The notes: generated from the sequence alone by a model not told the origin. A stretch of DNA of 64,000 nucleotides from Candidatus Poribacteria bacterium (GCA_965207095.1 CBDBMC010000001.1:4230-68229); one strand, 5' to 3'; shown: positions 18,840-28,943, counted from the first letter of the stretch. Made by a program: numbers and translations.

Positions 18840-20471
18840 TTAAGCCTCCGTTTTTCTCCCCTCTAAAATGTCGCTCCAAGGTTCAACAAAACAACGATCC
18901 GCCCACTCCTGATAGAGGTTGCTCAGTTCCTCAACCTTCTCTGGATATTGCTCAGAAAGGTCGATGCGCTCGGTGCGATCCGTCTCCATATCGTATAGCT
19001 CCCAACCGCCCGGATACTTACAAACTAATTTCCATTTCCCTTTTCGGACGGCTGCATTGCCCTCATGCTCCCATATGAGTGCCTCTTTGTCGTTATCTTG
19101 TCCATCAAAGATAGGTGTGAGACTAGCCCCCTCCAAGGGATAGATCGGAACATCGTTGTGTTCATCGGGGTAGGATGCCCCAGAGATCTCAAGGCAGGTT
19201 GCCATGATATCGGGCAGTTGACCCGGTTGATGACGCAGGGCGCCCCCCGCTTGAATTCGTTGGGGCCAATGCGCGATGAGTGGTGTGGCGATGCCGCCCT
19301 CATGTACCCAATGTTTGTATTCACGGAAAGGGGTGTTGGAAAGGTTCGCCCAAGGGACACCGTAGCTTTGATAGGTGGTTTCAGGTCCCGGCATCATATT
19401 CGGGTCGTTTCCCCGATACACCGGTTGACCGTCGTGGGTGGTTTCGGTCTCGATTAACCCGTCCTTCCCAACGCGATTCGCAGGTCCTTGCAATTCCTCC
19501 GCACAGCCACCATTATCGGCTAAGAAAAGGATTAGCGTGTTATCCAATTGCCCCGTCTCCTCCAACGCCGTCACGATCCGACCGATCCCCTGGTCCATGC
19601 GATCGATTTGGGCGGCATAGACCTCCATGCGTCGCTGATTCCACTCCTTGTGCTCCGCTTCCTCCCACGGCGGCTGCGTCGGGTCTCGATCGGTCAACGC
19701 CCAACCTTCATCAAGGATACCGATCTCTCGCATCCGCCGCAGCCGTTCCTCACGGAGTTGATCCCACCCCGCGGCAAAACGTCCCGCGTAGCGTTCGGTG
19801 TCTTCGTCATGTGCGTGGAGGGGCCAGTGGGGAGAGGTGTAGGCAACATAGGTAAAGAACGGCTGATCGGAAGAGTTCTCTGCGTGATCTCGGATAAACG
19901 TAGACGCTTCATCGCTGATTGCGTCCGTCAGGAAAAAGCCCTCGGGGAGTTCGTCGTGCGGGATATGCTCGTTGTCGCGGGTCAATGTGTTCGGTTTCCA
20001 GTAGTTAGCAGCTCCTGTGATAATACCAAAATAGCGATCAAAACCGCGCTGCAGGGGCCAGCTGTGTTTCGGTCCGTCCGGATCGGTATGACGAGATATG
20101 TGCCACTTGCCGCTCATGTAGGTTCGATATCCCGTAGGTTTGAGGGCTTCGGCGATGGTAACACAGCGGTCATTCAGATCCCCACGATACCCTTCCAAAC
20201 CGTCGTCCGTCATCATGTGTCCGACCCCCGTCTGATGCGGGTGGAGCCCGGTCAGCATCGACGCCCGCGAAGGACAACAACGGGCGGTGTTATAGAACTG
20301 TGTGAACCGCAATCCGCCGCCAGCCAGCCGGTCCAGATTCGGACTGTGGATCTCCCCGCCGTAACAACCGAGATCGGAATAGCCCATGTCATCGTTTAAG
20401 ATTAGAAGTATATTCGGTTTTTTGTTTTCGCTCATATTTTTCCCCATATGATCCCATGAATAATTTGGCAT
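18840..20471 (-). CDS. Arylsulfatase (formylglycine-dependent, type I sulfatase)
   Basis: PNILLILNDDMGYSDLGCYGGE and the CxPxR maturation motif (ARCCPSRASMLTG). No obvious signal peptide. Alternative starts are M9 and M13. Confidence 0.9.
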   Translation of the reverse strand: MPNYSWDHMGKNMSENKKPNILLILNDDMGYSDLGCYGGEIHSPNLDRLAGGGLRFTQFYNTARCCPSRASMLTGLHPHQTGVGHMMTDDGLEGYRGDLNDRCVTIAEALKPTGYRTYMSGKWHISRHTDPDGPKHSWPLQRGFDRYFGIITGAANYWKPNTLTRDNEHIPHDELPEGFFLTDAISDEASTFIRDHAENSSDQPFFTYVAYTSPHWPLHAHDEDTERYAGRFAAGWDQLREERLRRMREIGILDEGWALTDRDPTQPPWEEAEHKEWNQRRMEVYAAQIDRMDQGIGRIVTALEETGQLDNTLILFLADNGGCAEELQGPANRVGKDGLIETETTHDGQPVYRGNDPNMMPGPETTYQSYGVPWANLSNTPFREYKHWVHEGGIATPLIAHWPQRIQAGGALRHQPGQLPDIMATCLEISGASYPDEHNDVPIYPLEGASLTPIFDGQDNDKEALIWEHEGNAAVRKGKWKLVCKYPGGWELYDMETDRTERIDLSEQYPEKVEELSNLYQEWADRCFVEPWSDILEGRKTEA

Positions 20472-20477
20472 GACGTC

Positions 20478-20494
20478 TTACGCTTCACGCTTCA
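20478..20494 (-). repeat. Tandem heptamer TGAAGCG-TGAAGCG-TAA (stops in all three frames) 6 nt upstream of the sulfatase ATG
   Basis: Minus-strand reading 5'-TGAAGCGTGAAGCGTAAGACGTCATG. The stops are at 20494-92, 20487-85 and 20480-78 (period 7). Confidence 0.6.
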
Positions 20495-20567
20495 TGATTA
20501 GTGTATCAGAGATTTACAAGCGGATCAAGCGAATTATTAGAAGTTCTTAATCGAGCCTGGGGGCATT

Positions 20568-20675
20568 TATGGTCGATGTTAGAATTACTTGGACATTGCA
20601 AAACGGCGCAGTTGGAAACAGCGCCTACCAAACAGGGGGCGCGAAAGTGTCTATCTATTTTTATCATTCACCATA
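20568..20675. mobile_element. MITE family 1, degenerate copy
   Basis: TATGGTCGATGTTAGAATTACTTGGACAT ... GTGTCTATCTATTTTTATCATTCACCATA with an internal variant A hairpin (GGCGCAGTTGGAAACAGCGCCTACC). Confidence 0.5.
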
Positions 20676-21111
20676 GTTATCCCGTATTATTGTCTGAATC
20701 ACGGATTAACACGGATTGACAGATTACACGGATAGAAGACGCCTTCGACAGGTAGCATGACAAGGCACCATTAAGTCTGACGCCAACCAGCGGGGCAAGA
20801 TGCCCTGGCTACTGGATAGGGAAAGACCGCGCTACTACAAACAACGGGGCATGAGCCAGAATGGACAACTGAATAGCCTTATGATCGGGAGCAAAGGGCT
20901 TGAAGTTAATTTAATCCTGTGATAAACTCGACATCGGAATCACATCACCATCACCAATTTGTCCAAACCTGTGCGGTTGGAAACCGCACCTACCGGGATC
21001 ATAGCTCTAATGGTAGGCACTGTTGAAAACCACACCTACCGGGGCGAAAGTGCCTACCTATTTTAGTATTCACCATAAAAAACCAATACGCCATAAGCTA
21101 TAAAAAATCCG

Positions 21112-22344
21112 ATGCTCACACTCGACCTGCTCCGCTATCGAACTAAAGAAGACGAGGTTTGCCCCCGCTATGTGAACCCAAAGAGCACAAAGTACCGCGC
21201 CATCGCAAGAGACCTAATCGAGATCTACACCGCACACCTCAACAATACCAAAGGATCTCTCGCTTCGGCGTTGGCGGATTATGAGGCGGCTGACACCAGT
21301 TATCAGGTCACGCGGGGATTTGCCAAACTGCTCGAAGATCGCTCGGAATTTACGATCCAATCCCCGATTGAGCCGGAGGTGCTTCGCGAAAAGATCTTCG
21401 CCTACGGGAGCAACGGCCACCCGGTCGTTACAAAAAGAGACCGGCTGCATCGGACGACGCGCCCGAAGGTATTGGCAAACATCGCCAGCGAATTTAACGT
21501 TTCGGCAGATACAGTGATGGAGGGGATGTATGCGGATTTAGAGGAGAACCGTCGCCTGACGGGGTTCGAGCCACCGACCATCGAGTGGCTGTTGGATCGG
21601 TATAACGTCGCACTCGCACAAGCGATGCTCTACCGCGCCAGCGAGATGACGATCCGGATCTATCGCAATATCCCAACCAAATACAGGTTGGTGTTCCAGT
21701 TCATCAAGTTTTTTAAGCTGATGCACGTCGTCGAGGGGAACAGTGCCGACGGCTATCAGCTCGTTCTCGACGGTCCCGCATCGATGTTCCGGCTGTCGCA
21801 GAAATATGGGATTCAGATGGCACTGTTTCTACCCGCTCTGCTGCACTGCGATCGATGGTGGCTGGACGCAACAATCGTCATGAACCGAAACGACCGGCTC
21901 CGATTTGAACTCACGGACGAATCTGGGTTACAATCCCACTACCGCGCCCCCGACGAGTTCGACAGCGAGCTGGAACGGCATTTCGCCACACAGTTCGATA
22001 AAGTCGATACGGAATGGACGCTTGAGCGTGAGACGGATATCATTGACCTCAAAGACACCGTGATGATCCCTGACTTCGCCTTCTCGCACCCGGACGGACG
22101 GCGAGCGTTGATGGAAATTGTCGGGTTCTGGACGCCGGATTACCTCCAGAAAAAGCTGTGGAAGCTGAAACGCGTTGCTATGCCCAACATGATCATCGCT
22201 GTGTCGGATCGGCTAAACTGTTCGACCGAAGATTTCCGAGACATCCCCGGTGAAGTGCTCTCTTTCAAAACACGGATCAAGCCGAAAGATGTGTTAGAGA
22301 AGGTCGAGGCGTGTGCGCTTGTGGAGAAGGAACGTGATGCGTGA
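21112..22344 (+). CDS. DUF790-family protein (Bax1-like PD-(D/E)XK nuclease, usual partner of XPB-type helicases)
   Basis: 410 aa with the N-terminus MLTLDLLRYRTKEDEVCPRYV. The C-terminal nuclease-like block is MIPDFAFSHPDGRRALMEIVGFWTPDYLQKKLWKL. The family is assigned from memory of its pattern. Confidence 0.6.
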   Translation: MLTLDLLRYRTKEDEVCPRYVNPKSTKYRAIARDLIEIYTAHLNNTKGSLASALADYEAADTSYQVTRGFAKLLEDRSEFTIQSPIEPEVLREKIFAYGSNGHPVVTKRDRLHRTTRPKVLANIASEFNVSADTVMEGMYADLEENRRLTGFEPPTIEWLLDRYNVALAQAMLYRASEMTIRIYRNIPTKYRLVFQFIKFFKLMHVVEGNSADGYQLVLDGPASMFRLSQKYGIQMALFLPALLHCDRWWLDATIVMNRNDRLRFELTDESGLQSHYRAPDEFDSELERHFATQFDKVDTEWTLERETDIIDLKDTVMIPDFAFSHPDGRRALMEIVGFWTPDYLQKKLWKLKRVAMPNMIIAVSDRLNCSTEDFRDIPGEVLSFKTRIKPKDVLEKVEACALVEKERDA

Positions 22345-22351
22345 TGCGTAA
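22335..22351 (+). repeat. Tandem heptamer TGATGCG-TGATGCG-TAA; the middle TGA is the DUF790 stop codon
   Basis: TGA at 22335, TGA at 22342 (the stop actually used) and TAA at 22349. Period 7 puts one stop in each frame. Confidence 0.6.
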
Positions 22352-22424
22352 GAGGAAAAGGACCGCAGATCTCGGTTTCCTGCGAATTACGGGCAAGATG
22401 CTGGCTATTAGCAACTTGAATTAG

Positions 22425-22584
22425 TAGTGAATTCTAAAAACAGGTAGACACTTTTTCCAGTAGCTGTTGTGGGATAAACCTGCTCAGCCGGTATAATCGG
22501 GGCAAGTCCCGGCTTCGCCGAGGATCCTCGATGGAATCGGGAGATGCCCCTCCCACAGTGTCCAAACAGTTATGAAATCTACTA
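22425..22584. mobile_element. MITE family 1b, copy without the nested G element
   Basis: TAGTGAATTCTAAAAACAGGTAGACAC...CAGTTATGAAATCTACTA. It is collinear with 4682-4986 minus the 4701-4816 insertion. Confidence 0.6.
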
Positions 22585-22588
22585 AGAA

Positions 22589-22839
22589 CTAAGTTGCTAG
22601 TTAGCTTGTAGCGTGCCTTTCCGCACTCGCCACGAATTAGACCCACTGAAGTAACGATACACATGTCGCCCCGCTGGGGCTTGGGGTGTAGGGATTCACC
22701 GTTCCTATAAACATGTCGCCCCGCCGGGGCTAAAAAACGTGGCAAGTCCTCGAGCGGTCCACATAGCACTCCTCTGAAGCGACAGGTTGGACAAATCAAC
22801 TATAACAACCAATAGATTTTCAACGACTAGCAACTTGCG
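22589..22839 (+). mobile_element. MITE family K (TIR CTAAGTTGCTAG / CTAGCAACTTGCG), flanked by TAAGAA
   Basis: TAAGAA at 22583-22588 and 22840-22845. The interior carries two family-B hairpin units (about 22663 and about 22712). Confidence 0.65.
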
Positions 22840-22914
22840 TAAGAATAGGAACCAAGAGGAAATCTGAAAAATGGCTTTTACTGTATAAGACGATCGTGAT
22901 GAGGAGATAAATCT

Positions 22915-25007
22915 ATGCCCAAACAGTCCTGGTGTTTCTTTTTATTGCTGTCAATCTGCTTCTCAATCCCATTGACAGCAACCGCACAAATAGTAGATAT
23001 TCCCGACCCCAACCTCCGTGCTGCGATTGAGCGAAGTCTCGATAAAGCATCGGCGGATGTCATCACTGCAGCGGATATAGCGACTTTGACCTTCCTTTCC
23101 GCCACGGAGTCCAACATTAGCGATTTAACCGGTCTAGAACATGCAACCAACCTGACAACTCTGTGGCTTAACAACAACTCCATAACCGATATCTCACCGC
23201 TGGCAGGATTAAACAATCTGACAGGGCTGTTACTTGACGACAACTCTGTAACCGATATCTCACCTCTATCGGAATTAAATCAACTGACAACTCTGTGGCT
23301 TGGCCGCAACTCCATAACTGATATCTCACCGCTGGCAGGATTAAACCACCTGACAAGCTGAACCTTTGGGTCAACTCAATATCTGTCCTCCCACCTCTGG
23401 CAGGATTAAACAAACTAGCAACGCTGAATCTTGGCCGCAACTCCATAACCGATATCTCACCGCTGGCGGGATTAAATCAACTGACAGATCTGTGGCTTAA
23501 CGACAACTCCATAACTGACATCTCACCGCTGGCAGGACCAAATCAACTGACAGGACTGGATCTTCGATACAATTTTATATCAGACATCTCACCTTTGGCA
23601 GGATTAAACCACCTGACATGGCTGGATCTTGATAACAACTCAATATCTGACATCTTACCTCTGGCAGGACTAAATCAACTGACATGGCTGAATCTTGACA
23701 ACAACTCCATAACCGATATCTCACCCTTGGCAGGATTAAACCACCTGACACAGCTGAACCTTTGGGGCAACTCAATATCAGACATCTCACCTTTGGCAGG
23801 ATTAAACCACCTGACAGAACTGTTACTTAACAGGAATTCCATAACCGATATCTCACCGCTGGCAGGATTAAATCAACTGACAACGTTGTGGCTTGGCGGC
23901 AACTCAATATCTGACATCTCACCGCTGGTAGAACTAAATCAACTGACATGGCTGAATCTTGACAACAACTCCACAACCGATATCTCACTGCTAGCGGGAT
24001 TAAATCAACTGACAGATCTGTGGCTTAACAACAACTCCATAACCGATATTTCACCGCTGGCAGGATTAAATCAACTGACATGGCTAGATCTTGACAACAA
24101 CTTCATAACCGATATTTCACCGCTAACAGGATTAAACAATCTGACAACGCTGTTTCTTGATAACAACTCAATATCTGACATCTCCGCCGTGGCAGGATTA
24201 TATCAACTGACAGAACTGGATCTTCGGCACAATTCCATATCAGACATCTCACCCTTAGTCGAAAATACAGGACTGGGGAGTGAGGACGACGTGAAGCTGA
24301 GGGGAAATCCACTCAGCACCCTATCCATCAACACGCACATTCCTACCCTCCAAAGCAGAGGGGTCGCGGTTGGGTTTGACGACATCGTAGCGCAACCGGC
24401 GGATGTCAACGGTGATGGTGTCGTGAATATCTTCGATTTGGTCTCGGTTGCATCCCAATTTGGAAAAGAAGGAGAAAATCTGACGGCAGATGTTAATCGC
24501 GATGGGATTGTCAATATTCTGGATTTGGTCTTCGTTGCAGGCATGTTTGGAGATGCAGCAGCCGCACCTTCATCGCAACCACAAGCACCTGAGACGCTTA
24601 CAGCAGCAGCAGTTCGGGGTTGGCTGATCGACGCAAAGGCGCTTGAGATTCGGGATCCAATCATGAAACGAGGGATTAGGAGGCTTGAACAACTCTTGGT
24701 ATCCCTCACCCCAACAGAGACGAAACTATTAGCAAACTACCCAAACCCGTTCAACCCTGAAACATGGATTCCATATCGGTTGGCGGAGGACGCTTTCGTG
24801 AGCCTGACCATCTATGACGGAGCAGGTCAGGTTGTTCGTACACTTGAGGTTGGGCATCGGATTGCCGCGGTCTACGAGAGTCGGTCGAAGGCGATCTATT
24901 GGGATGGACGGAACGGGTCGGGTGAAACGGTGGCGAGCGGTGTGTACTTCTACCATCTGTCCGCGGGCAATTATTCCGCCACACGCAAAATGTTGATTCT
25001 CAAGTAG
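22915..25007 (+). pseudogene. Internalin-type LRR + dockerin + Por/T9SS-type CTD protein, interrupted by a 1-nt frameshift
   Basis: The signal peptide and LRRs read in frame 1 until TGA at 23359-23361. The LRRs then continue without any stop in another frame from about 23322/23358 to 25007. The shifted repeat reads CACCTGACA-AGCTGAACCTTTGGG versus the sibling repeat CACCTGACACAGCTGAACCTTTGGG (23745). It could be an assembly error. Confidence 0.7.
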
Positions 25008-25102
25008 CGTTGTATGTGTTATACTGCTATCAACCTTCTGGTGCTAAATGAACAGATGAACTATAATAGATTTGAGAATTAATTGGACACTATGGCATAT
25101 AA

Positions 25103-25349
25103 GAGCCTGTTTGAAAAGTGAAATGGTCATCTTTAGAAAGTTGTTCACATGTCGCCCCGCTGGGGCTTAGGTTGTTTGTTTGTGCTGTATTCTATAAACA
25201 TGTCGCCCCGCTGGGGCTTTGGCTCTGTTTTAAGAGTAGGTCAAACGGTCATCTTTTGCCATTCTAGGGGCAAAATCAACTGATTCTGAGAGTATTTGCC
25301 CGTAAAATGATAACTTTCAGAGATTAATTTGGATTGTTCAAACAGGTTC
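25103..25349 (+). mobile_element. MITE family 2 (TIR GAGCCTGTTTGAA / TTCAAACAGGTTC), copy 1
   Basis: Flanked by TAA (25100-02) and TTA (25350-52). It is collinear with 61415-61660 and contains two family-B hairpin units. Confidence 0.65.
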
Positions 25350-25500
25350 TTAGAAACTTGTTGGCAGGATTACGGCACACGGTACCCGCCTACGATGTAA
25401 AGGGCAATCTGCCATAAGTAGCCCGAACTGGTAGTTTGCGGCTTGGGATCACAATCTAAATGAAGATTAAAATATTAATTCGGTAATTTCCGAGCAATGT

Positions 25501-25530
25501 CCGGTGCGGTTGGAAACCGCACCTACCGGG
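25501..25530 (+). repeat. Family-A hairpin repeat CCGGTGCGGTTGGAAACCGCACCTACCGGG (representative copy)
   Basis: Stem GGTGCGGTT/AACCGCACC with a GGAA loop. Other copies: 1-20 (partial), 6826-6852 (inverted), 7247-7276, 16694-16725, about 20611-20640, 20969-20996, about 21010-21045, about 43626-43690 (two copies) and 61849-61877. It is often embedded in an approximately 95-bp unit with AATTCGGTAAT / ATTACCGATT ends. Confidence 0.75.
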
Positions 25531-25738
25531 CCTGGGAGAAAATATAGAATTAACGATGATATTTGTAGTTCAATGCTTCAGAATCAATGCGGGGCAAGAT
25601 GCCCGTCTACGATAGGTGTGGAGTCTGAGCATGCCGCTTGATATCCGATAAATCGGACAACTACAGTCTGAAGTGCGTAATTCTTAACCGTTTCGCGTTA
25701 CTCGCATATTGACTGTACGGAAAGAAAGGAAAAACAGA

Positions 25739-28471
25739 ATGAACTCAACCCTCCCCGAACAGACCGCAACAATAATGCTCGACGGAGAGGAGGTCGCCTT
25801 CACCGAAGGAGAAACCATTTACGAAGTCGCGGAACGGCATCGGAAACAGGTCCCGACCCTCTGCTACGATCCTCGCCTCGAAGCCTTCGGCGGTTGTCGC
25901 CTTTGCGTGGTTGAACTGGAAGGAGCCCGAACCCCGGTCGCGTCCTGCACAACGAAGGCAACGCCCGGCATGGTCGTCCGAACAGCGACCGACGAGATCG
26001 AGAAATACCGGAAGACCCTGCTGGAGATGGTGGCGTCCGAAAACCGTGAACTCGATGTTGATTCGCTGCGCGGCTATGCATCGCAGGAACTGACAACGCT
26101 CGTAAACCGTTACGAGGCGCGCACCGGACGATTCATCGGGGCACAGTCCGGAACGAGTAATACAGATGACAAGAATCCCTTTATCCTGCGCGACTATGAT
26201 CTCTGCATATCCTGCTACCGGTGCGTCCGCGTCTGTGCCGAGCAGGAGGGTGACTACGCGATCAGCATCATGAACCGTGGTTTCCACACGCAGATTACCA
26301 CCGAGTTCAATGGCGAGTTGCGAGATTCGGCGTGCACCTTCTGCGGTCAGTGTGTGCAGACCTGTCCGACCGGTGCCCTCGCCGACAAGAAAGCGATGCG
26401 TGCAGTTGATAGACCGGGCGAAATCGAGAAAACTCGCACGATTTGTCCCTACTGCGGCGTCGGCTGCTCAATCGATCTCCTGACCAAAGAGGACAGGATA
26501 GTCGGCATCCACCCGGCGATGGACGGTCCCGCAAACGAGGGCGCTCTCTGCGTCAAGGGGCAATTCGCCTTCGATTTTGTGCACCACCCCGACCGCCTAA
26601 CAACCCCACTCGTCCGCCGCGAGGACGGCGAACTCCATGAAGCCAGTTGGGAGGAGGCACTGGATCGTGCAGCCGAAGGATTCCAGCAGGCAGACGACAG
26701 ATACGGTAGGCATAGTATCTACGGCGTCGCTTCCGGTCGCGCACCGAGCGAGGCGGCGTATCTCATGCAGAAATTTATCCGTGTCGGCTTCGGCACAAAT
26801 TACATCGACAACTGTAGCCGTGCCTGACACGCTCCGACGGTTGCCGGTCTGGCAGCCACAATCGGACGCGGTGCGATGTCGAATCCACTGGTTGACATGG
26901 AGAAGCCGGATGTAATTTTTTGTATCGGAACAAATATGACAGAATGCCATCCCGTCGCTGCGACACGCCTTAAAAAGGCGATCGCAGGGGGAGCGAAGTT
27001 AATTGTCGCCGATCCGCGACGCATCGGTCTCGCAGAGATGTCGGATCTCTACTTACCGCTTCGGGTGGGTTCGGATGTGGCACTCCTGCTCGGCATGGCG
27101 CACGTCATCGCCCGTGAAGGACTTATCGACCAAGATTTCATCGAAAATCGGACGACAGAGAGCGATGCCTTCCTCGAACACCTCGTCGAATTTACACCGA
27201 GGTGGGCAGAAGAGATCTCAGGCGTGCCTGCGAAGGATATCGAGACAGCTGCCAAGTGGTACGGCGAATCAGGGAAAGCGGCAATTTACTACACACTTGG
27301 TATCACCGAGCATATCTGCGGTGTCGATAATGTGCAGAGCCTCTGCAACCTCGCCCTGATGACCGGCAACATCGGTCGTGAAGGCACCGGTATCAACCCG
27401 ATGCGCGGTCAAAATAATATTCAGGGTGCAGGGGATAGCGGTGCGCTCCCAAACAATTATCCGGGCTTTCAGTCCGTTATGGATCCCGCGAATCAAGCGA
27501 AGTTCAAGGAGCTCTACGACAGAGAGATAGACATCGACAAGGGGATTACGAAGGTCACCGCGCTTGATCTCTGCGGGAACGAAATCCGAGCCATGCTGAT
27601 TGACGGCGAAAACACATTACTCTCCGATCCGGATCGCGCCCATTGCGAACACGCCCTGAAGAGTCTTGACCACCTCGTCGTTATCGATATCTTCCTAACC
27701 GATACCGCTGAGCTTGCCGATGTCGTTCTACCTGCGACCGCCTTCGGCGAAACGGACGGGGTATGCACGAACACAGAGCGTCGCGTGCAGCGTCTGCGCG
27801 CAGCGGTGCCGCCGCCGGGAGAAGCCCAACCGGACTGGTGGATCATCTGTCAACTCGCGGGACGACTCGGCTTGAGGGGATTCGATTTCAGCGAACCGAA
27901 GGAGATCTTTAACGAACTGTGCGATGTCTCACCGATCTACGCAGGTCTCGATTGGGATCGCATTGAAAATAGCGAGTATCAGTGGCCCGTCCCGGACAAA
28001 GATCATCCCGGCACACCCCGATTGCATGAGGAGGAGTTTGTGAACGGGCGCGGTATTTTCTCAATCGTGCGTTATCGAGATCCAGCGGAGACCATAAGCG
28101 CCGACTTTCCCGTCTGGCTGACGACTGGACGCCGTCTCCAGTCTTACCACACACGCACACAGACCGGTCGGGCACAGGGAATCGACTACTTACTCTCCGA
28201 AGAAGCGCTTGAGGTGAATCCAGCTGACATCGAAGGATGGGGACTCAGGGATGGTGGCTGGTGCGAGTTGTCGAGTGTCCGTGGCAGTGTGAAGGTCAAG
28301 GTGAAATCGACGAACCGCTCTCCGCGCGGAACGGTCTTCGCTAGTTTCAGCTTCAGCGACGTGCCTGTGAATATCCTTACCGGTTCCGGCTACGATCCAA
28401 TAACGGAGACCGCGGAACTCAAGGTATGTCCGGTCCGCGTCGAACCGATCGATGATTCACGACTAGGATAA
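25739..28471 (+). CDS. fdhA: Selenocysteine-containing formate dehydrogenase alpha subunit (2Fe-2S + 4Fe-4S N-terminal domains, Mo/W-bis-MGD catalytic domain)
   Basis: ORFs 25709-26827 and 26876-28471 share one frame and are joined by TGA at 26825-26827 inside the conserved FDH active-site block IDNCSRA-U-HAPTVAGLAATIGRGAMSN. The Fe-S motifs are CRLC, CISCYRCVRVC, CTFCGQCVQTCP and CPYCGVGC. The ATG at 25739 has an AGGAAA RBS. Confidence 0.9.
26825..26865 (+). promoter_or_regulatory. UGA(Sec) recoding site with bacterial SECIS stem-loop
   Basis: The sequence is UGA CAC GCU CCG ACG GUU GCC GGU CUG GCA GCC ACA AUC GG. The upper stem GGUUGCC/GGCAGCC (26839-45 / 26851-57) closes the loop GGUCU. 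The lower stem is CCGA/UCGG. Sequence and spacing closely parallel my recollection of E. coli fdhF (UGACACGGCCCAUCGGUUGCAGGUCUGCACCAAUCGG). Confidence 0.8.
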
Positions 28472-28482
28472 AAGCCTAAGAC

Positions 28483-28503
28483 GGGCAACCGCGAGGGTTG
28501 CCC
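28483..28503 (+). other. GC-rich stem-loop GGGCAACC-GCGA-GGTTGCCC 12 nt after the fdhA stop
   Basis: 8-bp stem with a GNRA-type loop (GCGA). No U-tract follows. It is related to the recurring GGGGCA-AGA-TGCCCC hairpins (about 390, about 20795, about 25590 and about 63655). Confidence 0.4.
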
Positions 28504-28727
28504 CTACAGGTCACGTAGGTTGGGTTGAACGGTCAAAAAGAAGCTATCTCAACGACGATAGCAGTGTCGCCTTTTGATAACCGGGTATTATAGATAGGTA
28601 CAGCGTAACCCAACACCCAATCCAACCGAACCGGAAAACAGTAGATAGTTGTGGGATACGGCGTACGCCTGCTGCTAGCAATTTGTGTTATTTACTTTAG
28701 ATTCGCGAGGCTGCACGGACAAAAAAG

Positions 28728-28943
28728 ATGACACGAACAAGACTATACTGCCTATTGACATTTTTCCTTGTGGCGACTGTCCCTTGGCTCTTCACAAAGT
28801 CCCATGCAGCCCAGATTTTCGGCTTTCCGCCTTGGGCATTCTATAGCTTTTGTATGACAATCCTGTACGCCGTTATAGTTGCAATCTGCCTACGCCGTTA
28901 CTGGTCAGTGTCCGCCAAAGATGACGATGACCGCGAATCATAA
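28728..28943 (+). CDS. DUF3311-type small membrane protein (accessory subunit of SSS transporters)
   Basis: 71 aa with two hydrophobic helices and the FGFPPWAFYSF motif. It sits directly upstream of a sodium:solute symporter, the usual DUF3311 context. Confidence 0.65.
   Translation: MTRTRLYCLLTFFLVATVPWLFTKSHAAQIFGFPPWAFYSFCMTILYAVIVAICLRRYWSVSAKDDDDRES

Noticed and set aside
19548-20399. 283-aa plus-strand ORF overlapping the sulfatase gene.
   Set aside because: It lies entirely antisense to a gene with unmistakable sulfatase motifs, and its Arg/Pro-rich composition is typical of GC-rich antisense frames.
25709-28471. Two separate ORFs (25709-26827 and 26876-28471), as a standard gene caller would report.
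   Set aside because: They share one frame, the junction TGA lies in the conserved FDH active-site block, and a SECIS hairpin follows. I treat them as one selenoprotein gene.
28483-28503. Stem-loop after fdhA as an intrinsic terminator.
   Set aside because: No U-tract follows. The hairpin belongs to a recurring intergenic hairpin family, so I list it only as a structure.
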